This document shows positions 1 to 12,320 of a DNA stretch of 64,000 nucleotides, one piece after another. Under the pieces are notes generated by a model. The model did not search any database. It saw nothing but the letters and a program-made list of their open reading frames with translations, and was not told the DNA's origin. Each line of letters begins with the position of its first letter. Position 1 is the stretch's first letter. This DNA comes from Raillietiella orientalis (Eukaryota), in assembly GCA_036172245.1 (NCBI GenBank), contig JAYWIR010000013.1, positions 930,001 to 994,000 of the forward strand. The letters run 5' to 3'. Made by a program: the position numbers and the translations under genes.

Positions 1-699
1 AGATGTCGGCGACACCAGCGCCAGCGACCGGTGCTGAGATCGGACGCTTCCCCACGACCTCCCCGACAGAAGCGAGGGAGGCGCCTCCGCGCTGCACATG
101 AGCCAGGAGGACTACCGGCTTCCAAAAAGGGGGTGGAGGAGACGTCGTGGCCTGTGGGGGGTCCGGGAGGGAATTCCTCGGGTGGACCGCACCGATGGGC
201 AAGCGGCGAGTTTCCAGGAGGTCGTCCAAGCCGGCGAGCGATCCCGGCGACTCCAGATGGCTCGACCTTCGCCTCGTCTTAGGGGGAGGAGGGGTGGCTG
301 GGTGTGAGGGGAGGGGGAATCGCTGTGTGGGACGGAATTCCAGGGTCCCAACTGGACTGCGAAACGCCGGCACGGCACGGTTGGAAGACGCCGCCGCTCT
401 GCGTTGTCGGGACGACAGGAGGCGCGCTCTTCCTGCACCGGGGTTTCCGGCATAGGCTCAGAGGATCTGAGTCACTGCTTCCCGTGATGCTGGCTCCGGC
501 GCCGCCAGCACCAGCATCATGGGGAGCGGCGTCTCTTGAGGCACTCCAGGTGCGAATGGAGTTGGATTGCGGAGCCGTCCTCCCGGAGCTGCGGCGGCTG
601 CTACTGTGCTCAGCGCTGCCATGCCAGGAGAGCACCACCAAGGACTCTCCGCACTTACTCCTCGCCCGAGGAGGACTCCCGACAGGAGCGTCGTTCCCA

Positions 700-1230
700 C
701 GACGGATAGTTGCGATCATGCCACTGTCACAGCACGTGCCACGTGCTGTAGCACCGGGAGCAGCGGCGAAGTGAGGGCGTCGCGCAGAAAGAGGTGCTTC
801 GAAACGTCTCTCTGGGATTGCCGTAGAGGGTTCCTCAGGTTACGCGGCAAAGACGCGTTCCCACAGGAGAAGGAGGGCAACGCAATCCAAGAGCAGGTGC
901 GTCTCTTTCGCTGCACCTGCTGCAGTTGGGTTGGGGCTCACCTCCTTCCCCGGATCCGATGGTGTCGGCGGGCGTTGCAGGGGAGGTCCCAATGCAACGG
1001 AAGGATCGCCGACCCCTGCCACTCCAGGAGGAAGGGAAGGTGGTCTCACTGTTCCAGAACGCGGGAGGACACTTCACCTGCGCCGGGGGAACTCCTAGTG
1101 GCTCTCCCCAGCGTGGCAGTCCTTTTGGAGGGACACTCGGGGCGGCAGCATGCGCCACCTCTCCCGGTGTCCACGTGCTTGGATATTTTTTCCTGTCGTC
1201 GGTAGTGCACGTCACCTCCCTCTTTCCCGG
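700..1230 (-). mobile_element. L1/Tx1-like LINE 3' fragment (C-terminal zinc-finger region), degenerate
   Basis: The minus strand gives SVPPKGLPRWGEPLG and PNCSRCSE..HLLLDCVAL..LWERVF, collinear with the best-preserved copy at 46962-47460. Confidence 0.75.
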
Positions 1231-1399
1231 ATGGCCGCCGTCCCTTGCTTCCCGCGGGGAGGGCAGCACTGGGATGAACGACGCCCAAAGCAGATTTCTG
1301 GTGTTACCCACCATCTCCCTCAACGACTGACAGGCGTCTCTGCTGTTGCTCAAGCAGATGCGTTCTGCCTCGCTCGTGCCGTCGATTTCGCCCCAGGCG

Positions 1400-2000
1400 G
1401 AAACGGACGCCTGCAGCCAGGCGGTCCAGTTCGCGCGGAGAACGCAGATCCGGGGGTTCCGTCGCACCAAAGCGATCGTTCGGCCGAGTTGAGGGCCGAG
1501 ATGGGTGAAACCTCTGTCGGCAGCCACGACGACCGAAGTCAGTCGGTTGCGTTTGGTTGCCCGTTCGGCGAGGATTCTCGCCGGAGCGCGGCAAGGAGCG
1601 GTCCGTTCGCGGTGTGGACGCAAGGGCGAGTTTTCGGAACTGGCTGGAGCGCGAGAGGTGAGCAGCGGGCCGCATCCGCGCGCCCGCCTCTTCCCGGAAG
1701 AGTCGATCCCGTTCGGCGTTGCCCCGCCCCACGGTCCGCGCGTCCGGGGGACGGCGGGTCGCCTGCCGCGCCCGGGCTGCCGAGAAGTTCCCCGTGGCGA
1801 GCATTTTTCCGGGCAACCCGGGATGCGCGGCGACGGTGACGCGCGCCAGAGGGCGAGGCGGAAACTTTTCGCTGCCGTCGTCGTTCGGCGCCCCGCCGGA
1901 CACCAGGTTGAGCCTTGCTGCTTGGCGCCGCGCCAACGGCTGCCGCCGCGGTGCACGTGCTACGGGAGCCGCTCGCTGGGACGTGGAAGCGGCGGCCGTA
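1400..2000 (+). pseudogene. Highly decayed RT of an RLE-clade (R2/NeSL-like) non-LTR element
   Basis: Faint motifs in RT order across frameshifts: KPLS..RL..RILA, then RARGRGGNFSLPSSF (~RGVRQGxPLSPxLF). Confidence 0.35.
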
Positions 2001-2129
2001 CGAACCCCGGAGGCGGTTGCGGCGACGTATCCGGGTCGGAGAGAGCTACTCCTCTTTCCCTCGGCGGACGGCAGTGGTGGCGGGGGCGGGGAGGCCACTT
2101 GATGCCGGGTGGATCTCGAGGTGCGCGGC

Positions 2130-3650
2130 TGGACGGGCGCAGACCCTCCAGGAGCGAGGGAGTTCCGCCCCTGGCGAGGATTGCCAGCGGCTGTTGGTGG
2201 AAGAGTTGCGAGGTGACCACCGCGAGCTCGGGAAGAGGTCATCTAGGGACAGGGGGCAGGAACTATCGGCTGCGCCCGTGTCTCAAGGCGAGCGGGTCCA
2301 GGAGGCGCCGAGAGTTTCCAACTTCTTGCTGCTGTTGGGAGGAGATGCCGTCTCCGCGGCGTCTTTCACCACAGCACGTGGGTGGAGGCTGTCGAGAAGG
2401 GCCGCTCATCTCTCGGGTAGTTAACCTTTTGGGTGGGAGGCCAGCTGGCCGAGAGGGCGGCGCAAGATCTGTCTGCTTGCCTTTGCTGAGCAGACGGACG
2501 GGGACTTCCCAGGGTGGCAGTTCCGCGAGCCGCCGTCACGCGGCGGCACAAGTAGTCGGCTACAGAAGAGGACCAGAAGGAAGGGGAAAGTGTCTTCCTC
2601 GACGCCGGGAACATCGCTTTCCGGCGGTGCAAGAGATTCTCTTCTTAGGAGAGGGAAGGATGCCGCCGGAGCGAAGATACTGCTCTCTCGAGGTCACGTG
2701 CCCGCGGGCTGGAGGCCCGTAGGGAGCGGCGGAAGGGTGGGTCCCGCGGTGTCGTAAGCGAAGAAGATGGTAGGAGGGAATTCTGTCTTGGGATGGTCGG
2801 GGAGTGCCGGCTCCGGATTCATTTCCCGGATGAAGCGCCACCAGGACGCCAGAGCGCCAGATTGGTGTTCTGGCCTCGGGCAGGCATCTCACCTTCCATG
2901 GGTGCCTCTGCAGAGCGGAAGGAAAGCGATTCCTCCCCCCTCCCTCTCCGGTTTCCCGTTGTCCGCAGGATGCGGAAGCCGAAAGGACCCCGCGGGAGCG
3001 AAGCTTACAGGTTTCGTCCCGGAAGCGTCTCTCCGGCAACGAACTGGCGCTTTTTGCTCTCGACGGCAAGATCGACGGGGCTGGTCCGCGAAGTCGCAGG
3101 AACTGGGGCAAGGGCTACCCGAGGGTCGAGGAGGAGGGGTCTTTTGGAGGAAGCGGAGCTGGCGGGTAGGCGCGACGCCTGAAGAGCCCGGACAGAGTGA
3201 AGACGACGAGTCCCGGAGGGCACGGGAGCTTCCTGGACGAAAGGTCACTCCTGCTGAGGAGAAGCGGAAAGCCTCCTTCCCAACCCCTCAGGGAAAGCGC
3301 GAGTGAAACGAGCTGTCGCTGCCTTTCGCAGCCGCAGTCCAGGGACTCAACCGGCAGGAAGAGGGTCGTCAAGTCCTGTGAAACGTCTCTTCTTCCGTGC
3401 GCATCCGCCGACCACCTCGGGAGCAACGGTAGAAGGCCAGGACTCCGCGGAGACGCGCTTGGAAGGCGTCCTGGTGGCGTCTCGTTTCGAGCTCGGCGCT
3501 CCCGGACGATACCAAGCCGGAGAACGGGAACGAAGGGTTCCGTTTTCAAAGTGTTCAACCATCCACTCGTGGAGGCCGCATTCGGGAGTCCTTCGAGCCT
3601 GGGGAGATGATACCAGTCGCCCTTTCGGCGCTCCTGGTTCGATAAGGGAA
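2130..3650 (-). pseudogene. Decayed NeSL/Utopia-like non-LTR element (RT to RLE region)
   Basis: Minus-strand motifs in the expected order: SSPG/EGLP (~3600), FLPV..CGCE (~KGFLP.DGC.EH, ~3340), QYLRSG..LHRRKAMFP (~IHRARLNxLP, ~2620), LCRR (~2545). Confidence 0.45.
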
Positions 3651-3737
3651 CAGTCCGACATCCTTGGAAACCCTGGAGAGGATTTCGCGACCCCCCTGAG
3701 GCCCCTGCAGGACCGAACTCCGCTGATCTTCTGGGCA

Positions 3738-3793
3738 AATCCTGGATGCAGGAAAAGTTCGAATCCTGGATGCAGGAAAAGTTCGAATCCTGG
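3738..3793. repeat. 24-bp tandem duplication (2.3 units)
   Basis: AATCCTGGATGCAGGAAAAGTTCG twice, plus AATCCTGG; exact. Confidence 0.95.
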
Positions 3794-3949
3794 GACGGAA
3801 ACTCGCCCCAGGGCGCGCTGCGTTGGCTCCGGGAGCCAGCCGTCTATCAGGCCGCCAGCTCTTCCCGCGCGAAGGGAACGCCGAGTGAGTGTCCACGCCG
3901 GCTGCTCCCCTCCCTCTCTCTCCTTGGAGCACTGTGCGCGCCTCGGGGC

Positions 3950-5500
3950 AGCCCAGTCGCTCCTGTGCGATCTGCTGCTGGGTCGGGGGTGGAGTCGAGG
4001 GCGGGTCGCGGAGATCCGTTCAGAAGTCCGAAGAGCTTCCACTGCCCAAGGCGTTCGCCCCTGGGAACTGCCGTCGCCTCACGACCTCCGGACGAAGAGG
4101 CCGCTGCCGCCGGCGGGCGCATCCGGTGACCGACCGCCCGTCTCGGCCGCGCTGAGCGCCATCGCGCGCTTCGTGTGGCCGGTGCGCACGTTCGAGAGGG
4201 CGAACGTGGCTCCCAACGGAGGGTGTTTCCGGGACGCCCGCCACCTGAAGGTGCCCCTCCTCGGGGGGAAGCTGAGGGCCGGCAGTCCGCTGCAGCTCCA
4301 CCCCTGCTGCCCGTCCGATCCACCTCCCTCCTTCGGGAGAGTGCAGGAAGGGGGGGAGACCCGGAAAAGTTGCCTCAAACTCGCGGGCTCCTCGCGGGGA
4401 CAGCGGGGATGCCGCCGCCGTTCGTTCGGACAGCGAATGCAGCGAGCCGCGGCTCCATCCTGCTCCCCTCAGGACTCAGCCTTTCTCCTCCTACGGAGGC
4501 GTCGTCGTGCCCCCAACCCCACCATCCGTGGTGGTTGTCGCTGACGCTGCCGGAGGGGCCTTAGTGGTCGGGGCGAAAGCGCCAACCCACATTCCGTGCT
4601 GCCTGCCTTCTCGAGCACCCGCTGCGCCCGACTTCCTGCCGTATCCGTCCGAGCGGCACGTCTCCCAGGCCACCACCTTCCCGGACACGCCGCCGGGCGG
4701 AACCTTCCCCTGACTCGACCGAGTCCGCGGGTGGGAGAGGGTTGGCGTCTCCTGACAACCGCGCCACCCGGAGCCTCCAATCCGGAGATGCGAGGGTGCC
4801 ATCTTTCCGATGGTGATGAGGCACCCTCGCACTCCCAGATGTGCTAGACAGGTCGGGAGGTGACTGGGGTCGAAGGTGGAGGGACGAGGTCGTCCGGGAG
4901 CACCGCGGAGTCGGAAACTCAGGGGTCGGCTCGCTGGCAGCGAAGCCGCACGATCAGCATAAGAGGCGTCCTCGTCCAGGGAATGGGGGGCAGGAGAGGG
5001 TGGACGAAAGGGACGCACCCCAGCCCATCCGAATGCCTTCCCGTCCGCCGCAGGACCCCTATCCAGCAGTGGTCGAGCTAGGTCCCGCCTTCCCAGGGTG
5101 CCATGAGGGCCGCTCCGAGGCGTCTTGGGAGAAACGGGTATTCTAGGTGGCGGGGGATCTCCACGGCGGCGCGATGGATTGGCTGCTGCGCACTCATTGC
5201 ACAGTTCCCACCTGTGCGACCTCACGCGACTCCCGAGCGCGCAACTCCGGCGGGGCTCTCGGCCGAGGATGGTCCATCAGCATCACGTTCGGTTGTACGG
5301 CCGCAGGTTGTACAAGTGCGGGACTGCTGGCTGTGTGCGCCTCTGGTCCAGCTGCGCAGCGTGGATGCTCGCACCGTAGGAGCCAGAGGTATCTTGCAGA
5401 AGTTCTTGTAGCGGCGGAGGTTCAAAAGCACCCGACAGACACCTCTCAGCTGGGCGATCATCAGCATTCACACCCCTGGCGAGCGGGGGAAAAAAAAACA
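3950..5500 (+). pseudogene. Decayed R2/NeSL-like RT+RLE relic ending in a short A-run
   Basis: Weak collinear motifs: QG-like (~4050), RVQEGG (~4340), ITFGC (~5285), and an A-run near 5490. Confidence 0.35.
4552..4750. repeat. Inverted repeat pair D, arm 1 (partner 6773-6971)
   Basis: Reverse-complement match; both arms give the peptide GGALVVGAKAPTHIPCCLPSRAPAAPDFLPYPSERHVSQA. Confidence 0.92.
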
Positions 5501-6149
5501 AGAGATGAATGACCCTGAGGAAAGCGGGAGCTTCAGGGGATGCAGCCATGTTCCGTGGAGTTTCAGCCACCGAAGCCTGCAACCTCCATAAAGAAAATTC
5601 CGGAAAATCCTACGTGACCACAAACCCGCGTGGCCGCCGTGTACGCTTTCGCCGCTTCCTCCATGAGGAAGGACGGGTCAGCTGCCTCCCAGTGTTGGTA
5701 GACGGAAGTGGACAGGCAAAAAATCTCGTTCGAGAACCCGAGGCAGGTGAAACGGCTGGTTTCTTCGAGGAACGAAAGCAGCGGCACTTTCAGCGACCCA
5801 AGCGGCCGCCATAAGAACCGGTCAGTCAATGTCCCTCACCAGTCAGAATCGCGGGGTTGAAGAGAGGGCACAGAGGGCATTCGCAAGCGGTCACTCGCTC
5901 CACAGAAGCGATCCGCGCGCAAGAGCGACCGGATCACGGTGTCCCTTCGAGAGATGCTGCACCCTAACACGGTAAGAGGTAAAGACACGACCTCAGATTG
6001 AGCACGTTATCTGCCGAGCCCTATGGAATTTTGAGCGGGCCGTTCCGAGGCACCCAAAAGCTCTTGCAGAAGGTGCTTTGCCTTCTTTAAGAGCTGGAAG
6101 GCCTCTTCCCTCTTCAGCTGGTACGTGGAGGGGGAGCACGTGGCGCCAA

Positions 6150-6985
6150 GGGCAGGGAAGAATCGAAGGGAAGGGCCACGTACTAGCATGAAGAAGAAAC
6201 CAACGAAGGCCTTCCTGTTTCCATCAAATGGAAGGCGCAGCAACGATGTAAATCACCAGGACGACTCCTGCAGAATCTTCCCTTCCGTGGTTCAGAGTTT
6301 TCACATCACGTCTTCAAGAAGTCCCTCGGTGCCTGCGCCCCGGCTGCTACCTTTCCTAACCCATTCCAGCTGCAGCTTCCACTGGATGATCCTCGCGACC
6401 TGGTGGGGGTCGCGACCACATAGAACACACAAGGGTATCCACGACCACAAGCTGCCTCGTCTTTCCGCAATGTGGGACTCCCAACTCACGTGGGACTCCA
6501 CCGTTCATCGGATCCCAGACGCCTGGCGAGTCCACGAGCTGTGGGGCTTAGGGTTTTCTAGTCATCCGTTCGAATATTCGCGTTCCTTCCCCTCCCGCAC
6601 ACCCCACCCCACCTGACCCTTTCTGGACCCTGCGTCGCCGTTCTGAAACGGGCAGGTGGCATACCGGCGCTTGTCCTCTTGGATCGCAAGGTCCTGAGAC
6701 GCGGGTTCTACTCCGAGGACACGCTGGCTCTCAGAGCTTTCCGCAGCGACTCCGAACGCCGTAATCGTCGGGAGGCTCCAACCCTCTCCCGCCTGCGGAC
6801 TCGGTCGGGTCATGGGAAGGTTACTCCCGACGGCGTGTCCGGGAAGGTGATGGCCTGGGAGACGTGCCGCTCGGACGGATACGGCAGGAAGTCGGGTGCA
6901 GCGGGTGCTCGAGAAGGCAGGCAGCACGGAATGTGGGTTGGCGCTTTCGCCCCGACCACTAAGGCCCCTCCAGGAGTGGCCATGA
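6150..6985 (-). pseudogene. Decayed RLE-clade non-LTR relic (includes arm 2 of pair D)
   Basis: HQVARIIQWKL (~RHxxVxxI), then VVLVIYIV/LPFDGNRKAF (~IIDVxxPFENGxxAF). Confidence 0.45.
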
Positions 6986-7099
6986 CGCCTACTGCGGGGA
7001 AGGGGGGGATACGCGGCGCCGCCTTCTTCAAGGGGTGAGGGGTCACCGCATACTGCGGGCGCCGGGACAGAGCTGGTTCTCCTCCGTCCGGCAGCGGCG

Positions 7100-7910
7100 T
7101 TGCCGATTCTGCATGTGGACCCGCGTCGTGCTGGGGAGACGCCCACCCCGCGCAGTGGTCCAGAATGCGAGGCAGTGTCTTATACCACGGTTCGCATATC
7201 CGGTGTCCCCGATTGGTCTTCTGGGCCCCTGCACCACCCATCAGAGAACCATGGGGTGGGAGTCCTGCTGCAGTGGACGGAGAGAGAACAGAACTCCAGC
7301 CGCCCCCCGAAAGCGATGGAATGGTTGAAGTTGCTGCGGAGCCAGGAAGTCGCAGCAGCTCCTGGTCTTCCCTTAATACTAACGTTCGCTCAGCGGGATC
7401 GAGGGAGGGATTTGTCTGCACGGAGAGAGCACGCGCGCGGCGATCCCTCGCTGGAAAGCACTGGGACCACGGGAGAGTCGCGCAGCGCGCTTGGGGAACC
7501 TATGCAAATCCGCCGACCGCCGGTCCATCCGCTGCATCCGCCTGCTTCCCTCTGGAGTTGTCTCTGGAAGAAGGAAAGCGGGTCGCAGCGCCGGGCGCTG
7601 TGGAATCTGGGATGAGGTAGGTGTCGCCTCGCATCGCGAATCACCGCATGAGGTGCTCTCGTCTCCACGCAGCGCGGTGTGATGCTGCATTGTCAAGGGA
7701 AAAAAAAAAACCTGCGAGATGCTGTGTCGCATGTGCAGAAACGGAAGCTGGCGTCCGGCAACCGGAAGCTTCGCGGAGCTGATGCCACCCTGAGACCTGG
7801 TTTCGCGCCGTGAAGGAAGGGTGACAGAATGGTGGGGCGCGTGCTGTCCATTCGAGAACGGGGAAGAGGCTTTCGGCATAGCTAGGAAGGGAGAGATCAG
7901 CAGGTATCGA
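7100..7910 (+). pseudogene. NeSL/Utopia-like C-terminal region with restriction-like endonuclease motif
   Basis: SADRRSIRCIRLLPSG (~FADWRFIHxARLxLLP), RCG..H, P*DLV, then CPFENGEEAFGIARKGEISRY (PD..D..PFENG..K..KY RLE signature). Confidence 0.65.
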
Positions 7911-7919
7911 GACGTGTCA

Positions 7920-10433
7920 TCAGCATCAGCGACCGTGTGGTTGCTGGTTCTAATTCCAATAGAGGAAGGGCTGAGGATGGAGGGTGCGTCGTGGATTTCA
8001 AGTCCACCCCAGCAGAATAACGCTGACTGACCCACACTCTTCGGGTGAGGCACTACTGGAAGTCCACGGATGCCTTCCTTTGACTGACCGGGATTGAAAG
8101 TCAACCCCCTGGGGTCCTTCCAGGAATCAAGGAATGCTTCGGGGTTTCCCTCCGGTTGTGAGGATGGAGCCATCCCTCCCCCCTCCACCCGGAGAACCAT
8201 CCATCGATTATCATGAAGCTCATTGATTCCCTCTAGAGAAAAAATTCCAGGAGCGGCTCACGCAAACCTCCAGGATTGACGGTACCGTGCGGGCATAGTC
8301 CGGGCATGCAGAACGGCAGGTTGCGGAGAAAATCAGGGCGAGGGTTCCCTTCGGGGCACCTCTCCCAAGCGCAAGAGGAACGGGCTCCTTCCTCCGAGAC
8401 CCTTCCTGGATTCTTCTCGGGCGTTGCTCCCTATAACTTGGAGAGTTACTGCACGCACCCTCGGATGGCTTCGACAGCGTCAAAGAGCCCCGTGAGTCCC
8501 TCTGAGGCAGGCGGACGGTTCCTCAGCGCTTGGTGGACCAAACAAAAGAAGAAGAAAAAGCTGGAACGAAAGCAGCGAAGACAGGAAAAGAACCCCAAGG
8601 GATTTGCCATCATCATCTTCTGCTGCTGCTCCTCACGACTACCTCGGCGTCAGCACTCGAGGACTTCTTCGAGTTGCTAAGTCGAGGCGCAAGCCTTGAG
8701 GCGAACAGGGCGGAGTCGTCCTTGGTGCCGGTAGGTGCTGCGTGGGGCAGACGGCCGGACTGCACGATCCGCTTGAAGATTCCCACGGGCGCGTACTTGC
8801 AGCACCTTGGTGTTCCGTTGGGGGACGGGGGAGGGATGCTTCCGCGTCGCAGAAGCATCCTGGTCCGGCCTCCTCCAAAAGGTACAGATGTCGCTAGGTC
8901 CGTTGCGGAAGGGCACGTTTCTCTTGCCGGAGACACCCGCTGTGTGTAACGCGTTCGCGACTCTCCTCCTCCGCCCCCTACTTTTCGTTTGCCTTGTCCC
9001 CGTGGAATAAAGAAGAGGACGAAGGACCTCCTGCTCATCGCCCTTTTGGGCAAGGGGAGGCCTCGAGTCCCTTTGATGGACTTGTGCGCTCCGCGTCGAG
9101 ATGATGGTCTAGTCCTCCTGACGCTGGAGCGCATGGAAATTCATCTGCGATGGCGAACCTTGGTGCCATTGCAGCGAAGTTGTGGAGCACACCTTGGTAT
9201 GTTCCAGCCCGCCTCCTCGCCAGACGTGTATCCGGAACGGGAGGACTTGCATCTCATCTCTTATGTCGTGGAAAGAAGATAAGAAGATGCGGCCTTCTCG
9301 GACGAATAGCCACCCTGGAAAAGGAGAATGGATGGTTAATCGCTCCGTCAATTCCAGCGCATGGCTGGAAGAAACAGTTGGCACGTGGGCGGTAGTGAAT
9401 CAGAGGAGCCACGAGACGTGGAATAGCCTGCGACGCGGCCAATACGCCCGCTGCACTTTTCGCGAGATCCTGGAGTGTCCAGCCAGGATCACATGGGCAG
9501 AGACGACCTGCCGAGCGACGGTGCTGCCCTTCCTACGGAGGGCCCTCGTCAGCAGCCGGACGCCGAGGTGGCAAGTCTCTTGCCGTATCACAGGCAGAGA
9601 AAAGTTGATGAGCTATTGGACCATGGGACAGCTGGCGGACGCCACGACCCAGAGCGTCCTTCCGCGAGGACTCAAGAAATGGGGCGAGCTGCTCAGCATC
9701 ACGAGAGATGACCTGGAGTGGCTCCCAGTGATAACCGGAACAAGGATCCTTCCTTAAAGTGGCAGGAGTCGGCGCTTATGCTGTTGCCCTGGGGACTCCC
9801 CTGCAATGTGCGCCGCCACCACTGGACACGGGGACGAGTGACTTCAAACTTTGCCAGGTGTAGGGAGCGGGAATCCCCCCTCACCTCTTAGTTGACTGTG
9901 CTACCCTCTGGCCCCTTTGGGAACGTTTCGGTGCGATCCTAGGGATCCTGGAATGTAGCCCTCTCAGAGACGTTTTTCGGCTCCTCTTCGTGCGGGACGC
10001 CCTGCAGCCAGCCGCTGTCGTAGCAGCTCTCAGCTGCATCCCCGGTATTGTGGCGGCTTGGAGTGGATCCGACGAAGTAGAAGATGCAAACGACAGGGAT
10101 GTCATGGAGTATGCAGCTCGCTTTCTGAGAATAGCAACCCGATGGCCTCACCTGGGAAATCTGCACAAGGACCTCGTCGGCATCCTGCAAAGGATGGAAA
10201 CTCCACAAAGCGGACAGTGATCCCTTCCCGACCCTCCAAAGAACTATGGTTTTTTCTTTTTTCAGTTTTCTTATATTTTCATTTTTGTTTTTCCCCATCC
10301 CCCTCCGCTGACGTGGCGTCAAGTCGGTCTGCGCACCGACCACCCGGCAGTTCCCTAGTGCTATTGGCCGCAGCGGGCCTTGTACCGCAAATACAGAACT
10401 TTTTAATAAACGCCCCGGCTTGATCGGGTGAAA
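7920..10433 (+). mobile_element. L1/Tx1-like LINE, internally deleted and frameshifted, 3' end intact
   Basis: EN remnant, ALEDFFELLS..N..SS, YLQHLGVPLG, RVPLMDLCAPRRDDGL, WQESAL..CARCRE, RWPHLG..DLVGILQRM*, T-rich UTR, AATAAA 10405-10410 and hairpin. Confidence 0.85.
8362..8977. repeat. Inverted repeat pair B, arm 1 (partner 15295-15910)
   Basis: About 616 bp near-identical reverse complement; ORFs 8530-8949 and 15323-15742 differ by one residue. Confidence 0.95.
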
Positions 10434-10539
10434 ACGCAAGACCGGGAAAGAGTTCCTGATTTCGTTGGATACGTTTGCCAAGGTGTGGTGCAAGATTTGT
10501 TCTTTCCCAAGGTCTCGGCAGTAAATACTCAGTTCGAAA

Positions 10540-11190
10540 GGCCGCAGAGCTGCTGCATCACAGACACAGCATAATCTTCTCTGTATATGTACCGTTTAGT
10601 ATATGTACCGCCAAAGCAGCCCGTGTCGGAGGCTTTGTGGTTAAGGCTTCCGCGGGTGGCACCATGCGTTGCGGGTTCGAATACTCTGGCAGAAACTGAC
10701 GCCACTGCTTCGCTGGGTTCCCAGTTTCTCCAGCAATGGCGCTGGTTGGCCGAGACATTCGGGCGTGGCACCGGTAGCGGTTAAAACCAGAGATCCCCGA
10801 TGAAGGCCGGAACAACGGGAGTCGACCTTCGGGTCCTTCCAGGAATCAAGGATTGGGGAGTTCTCCCTCCTGTCGTGCATCGGAGAGCGGACCTCCCCCA
10901 CCGGGGGACCCTTCCGGTTTGAAGATGAAGCAGGAGCCTTCACAGGCACATCTCCAGTTGTTCAAAGGAGCGGACCCCCCCTATCGCGGGGGGGATCCTT
11001 TGAGTCGCCGCCTTTTCAGAGTGTGCAAGGAAGCAAGCGAGAGCGATCCCCCTGCTGGAAGCTGCAGCGCCCCTTCTGAATTTTGGAAGCGTCCCTTCGA
11101 GGTTCTCTTCAGAGGAGTGAACAGGAGCGGTTCCCTTGAGGGTTCCCTCCGGAGAAGAAATTCCTACTAGCGAATCCTTTCTGGGTTCCC
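10540..11190 (+). mobile_element. L1/Tx1-like endonuclease/linker fragment
   Basis: ELLHHRH (~ELLQEIH), GGTTCGAAT block, GGGTCCTTCCAGGAATC block and GGAAGCGTCCCTTCG block shared with other copies. Confidence 0.6.
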
Positions 11191-11214
11191 TTCTTAGAAG
11201 ATGAAATGGAGAGG

Positions 11215-12320
11215 AGCAATCGTGCAATGTAATGCAGGACCACTTCGCAACAGCAGAAGTTGAGAAGATGAAGGCGCCTCGCAGCAGCAGTTCTGCTGCT
11301 GACTCCAGCGGCGTATTTGGAGATCAGCTGATTGCAGTGTTGAAGACAAATATTGCAAATGAAATTCTGTTTTGCTGTGAATAGTGAAAGTGAATTAAGA
11401 AGGACAAAAAAAACAGAAGGGACATGGCGCTCCAGACTGCGACCAATTAATTCAGAATATCAAGCAAGAATCGGAGCAAATGCATTCGAATCAGAGTACA
11501 TTAAAAACAGAAGTGGAATGGAATGAATAACGGGCCAAAGAGCAAGAAAGAAACCAATGAAGCCGGTTGCCATTCCAGTTTGCTGGCTTGAAATCTCTCA
11601 AGCTCCATCTCGGATTCCCGTCAGCACACTGCACACCGTCCAGGAAGTGTGTGCCCCGTGCCAGACTCATTCTGGGAGCTCGGAAGATCGGTTCGAATCC
11701 ACCACTGGGGAGTCTTTAAGTGGGCGAACGAAAGGCAAGCTGCCGGGAGAGAGGTGAGTTGGATGCAAGAAAGCCATCACGGGCTCCACCCTCCAGAATG
11801 GAGTGGCAAATGCGGACGAGCGAGTGGGCCACGTGCGTTCGCACGCTCCGTACGTGCGCACGAACGAGCTTCGACGTTTGTGCTCGGAGGAAGTTAGTGC
11901 GAGGCCTGAACTCCGCGACGTGGAACGGAGGCAGAGCGGAGATGGAACCAGAGCAACCAATTCCGCATCCCAAAATAGGAACGCCGTAAGATCTCCGTCT
12001 CTTTGCAAATTATAGCCCAGCTGATCACAGGTTAGAGTCCCGATGAAAACAATCTCGGAAAATAACAAGGAGAGGAAGGCATTTGCGTCAAATCAACTCG
12101 CATTCGGGTGAATACGGGACTCTGGAAACAGCGCGATGTATTTCGAAAGCACGGAACACGGAAAACAACAACCTGGGAGAGCAGCCCGGGGTTCCTCGGG
12201 GAAGGGCGTCTCTCGTTCCGCTCATTTGAAATTAAAACGGAATTTTCCAACCATTTGTCAAAGATGGGCATTCCGTTGGAGTGAATAAAATGGTCTTTGT
12301 CCATCCGAAACGCTCCTTTC
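11215..12320 (-). pseudogene. PIF/Harbinger DDE transposase relic
   Basis: Ordered motifs: FRMDKDHF, GARDG (~GAIDG), HSKT (~NxxHSxTR), RRW, VVLHYIA (~CVLHNIA); many stops and frameshifts. Confidence 0.5.

Noticed and set aside
3925..3990. GQPSRSCAICC read as an ORF1 zinc knuckle
   Set aside because: Lacks the His and final Cys; another frame fits the surrounding decayed RT better.
835..4544. Long ORFs of 300-413 aa here and elsewhere (e.g. 15592-16500, 24443-25381, 61927-63081)
   Set aside because: Arg/Pro/Gly/Ser-rich, overlapping on several frames and without domains, as expected from high GC. The real motifs jump between frames.
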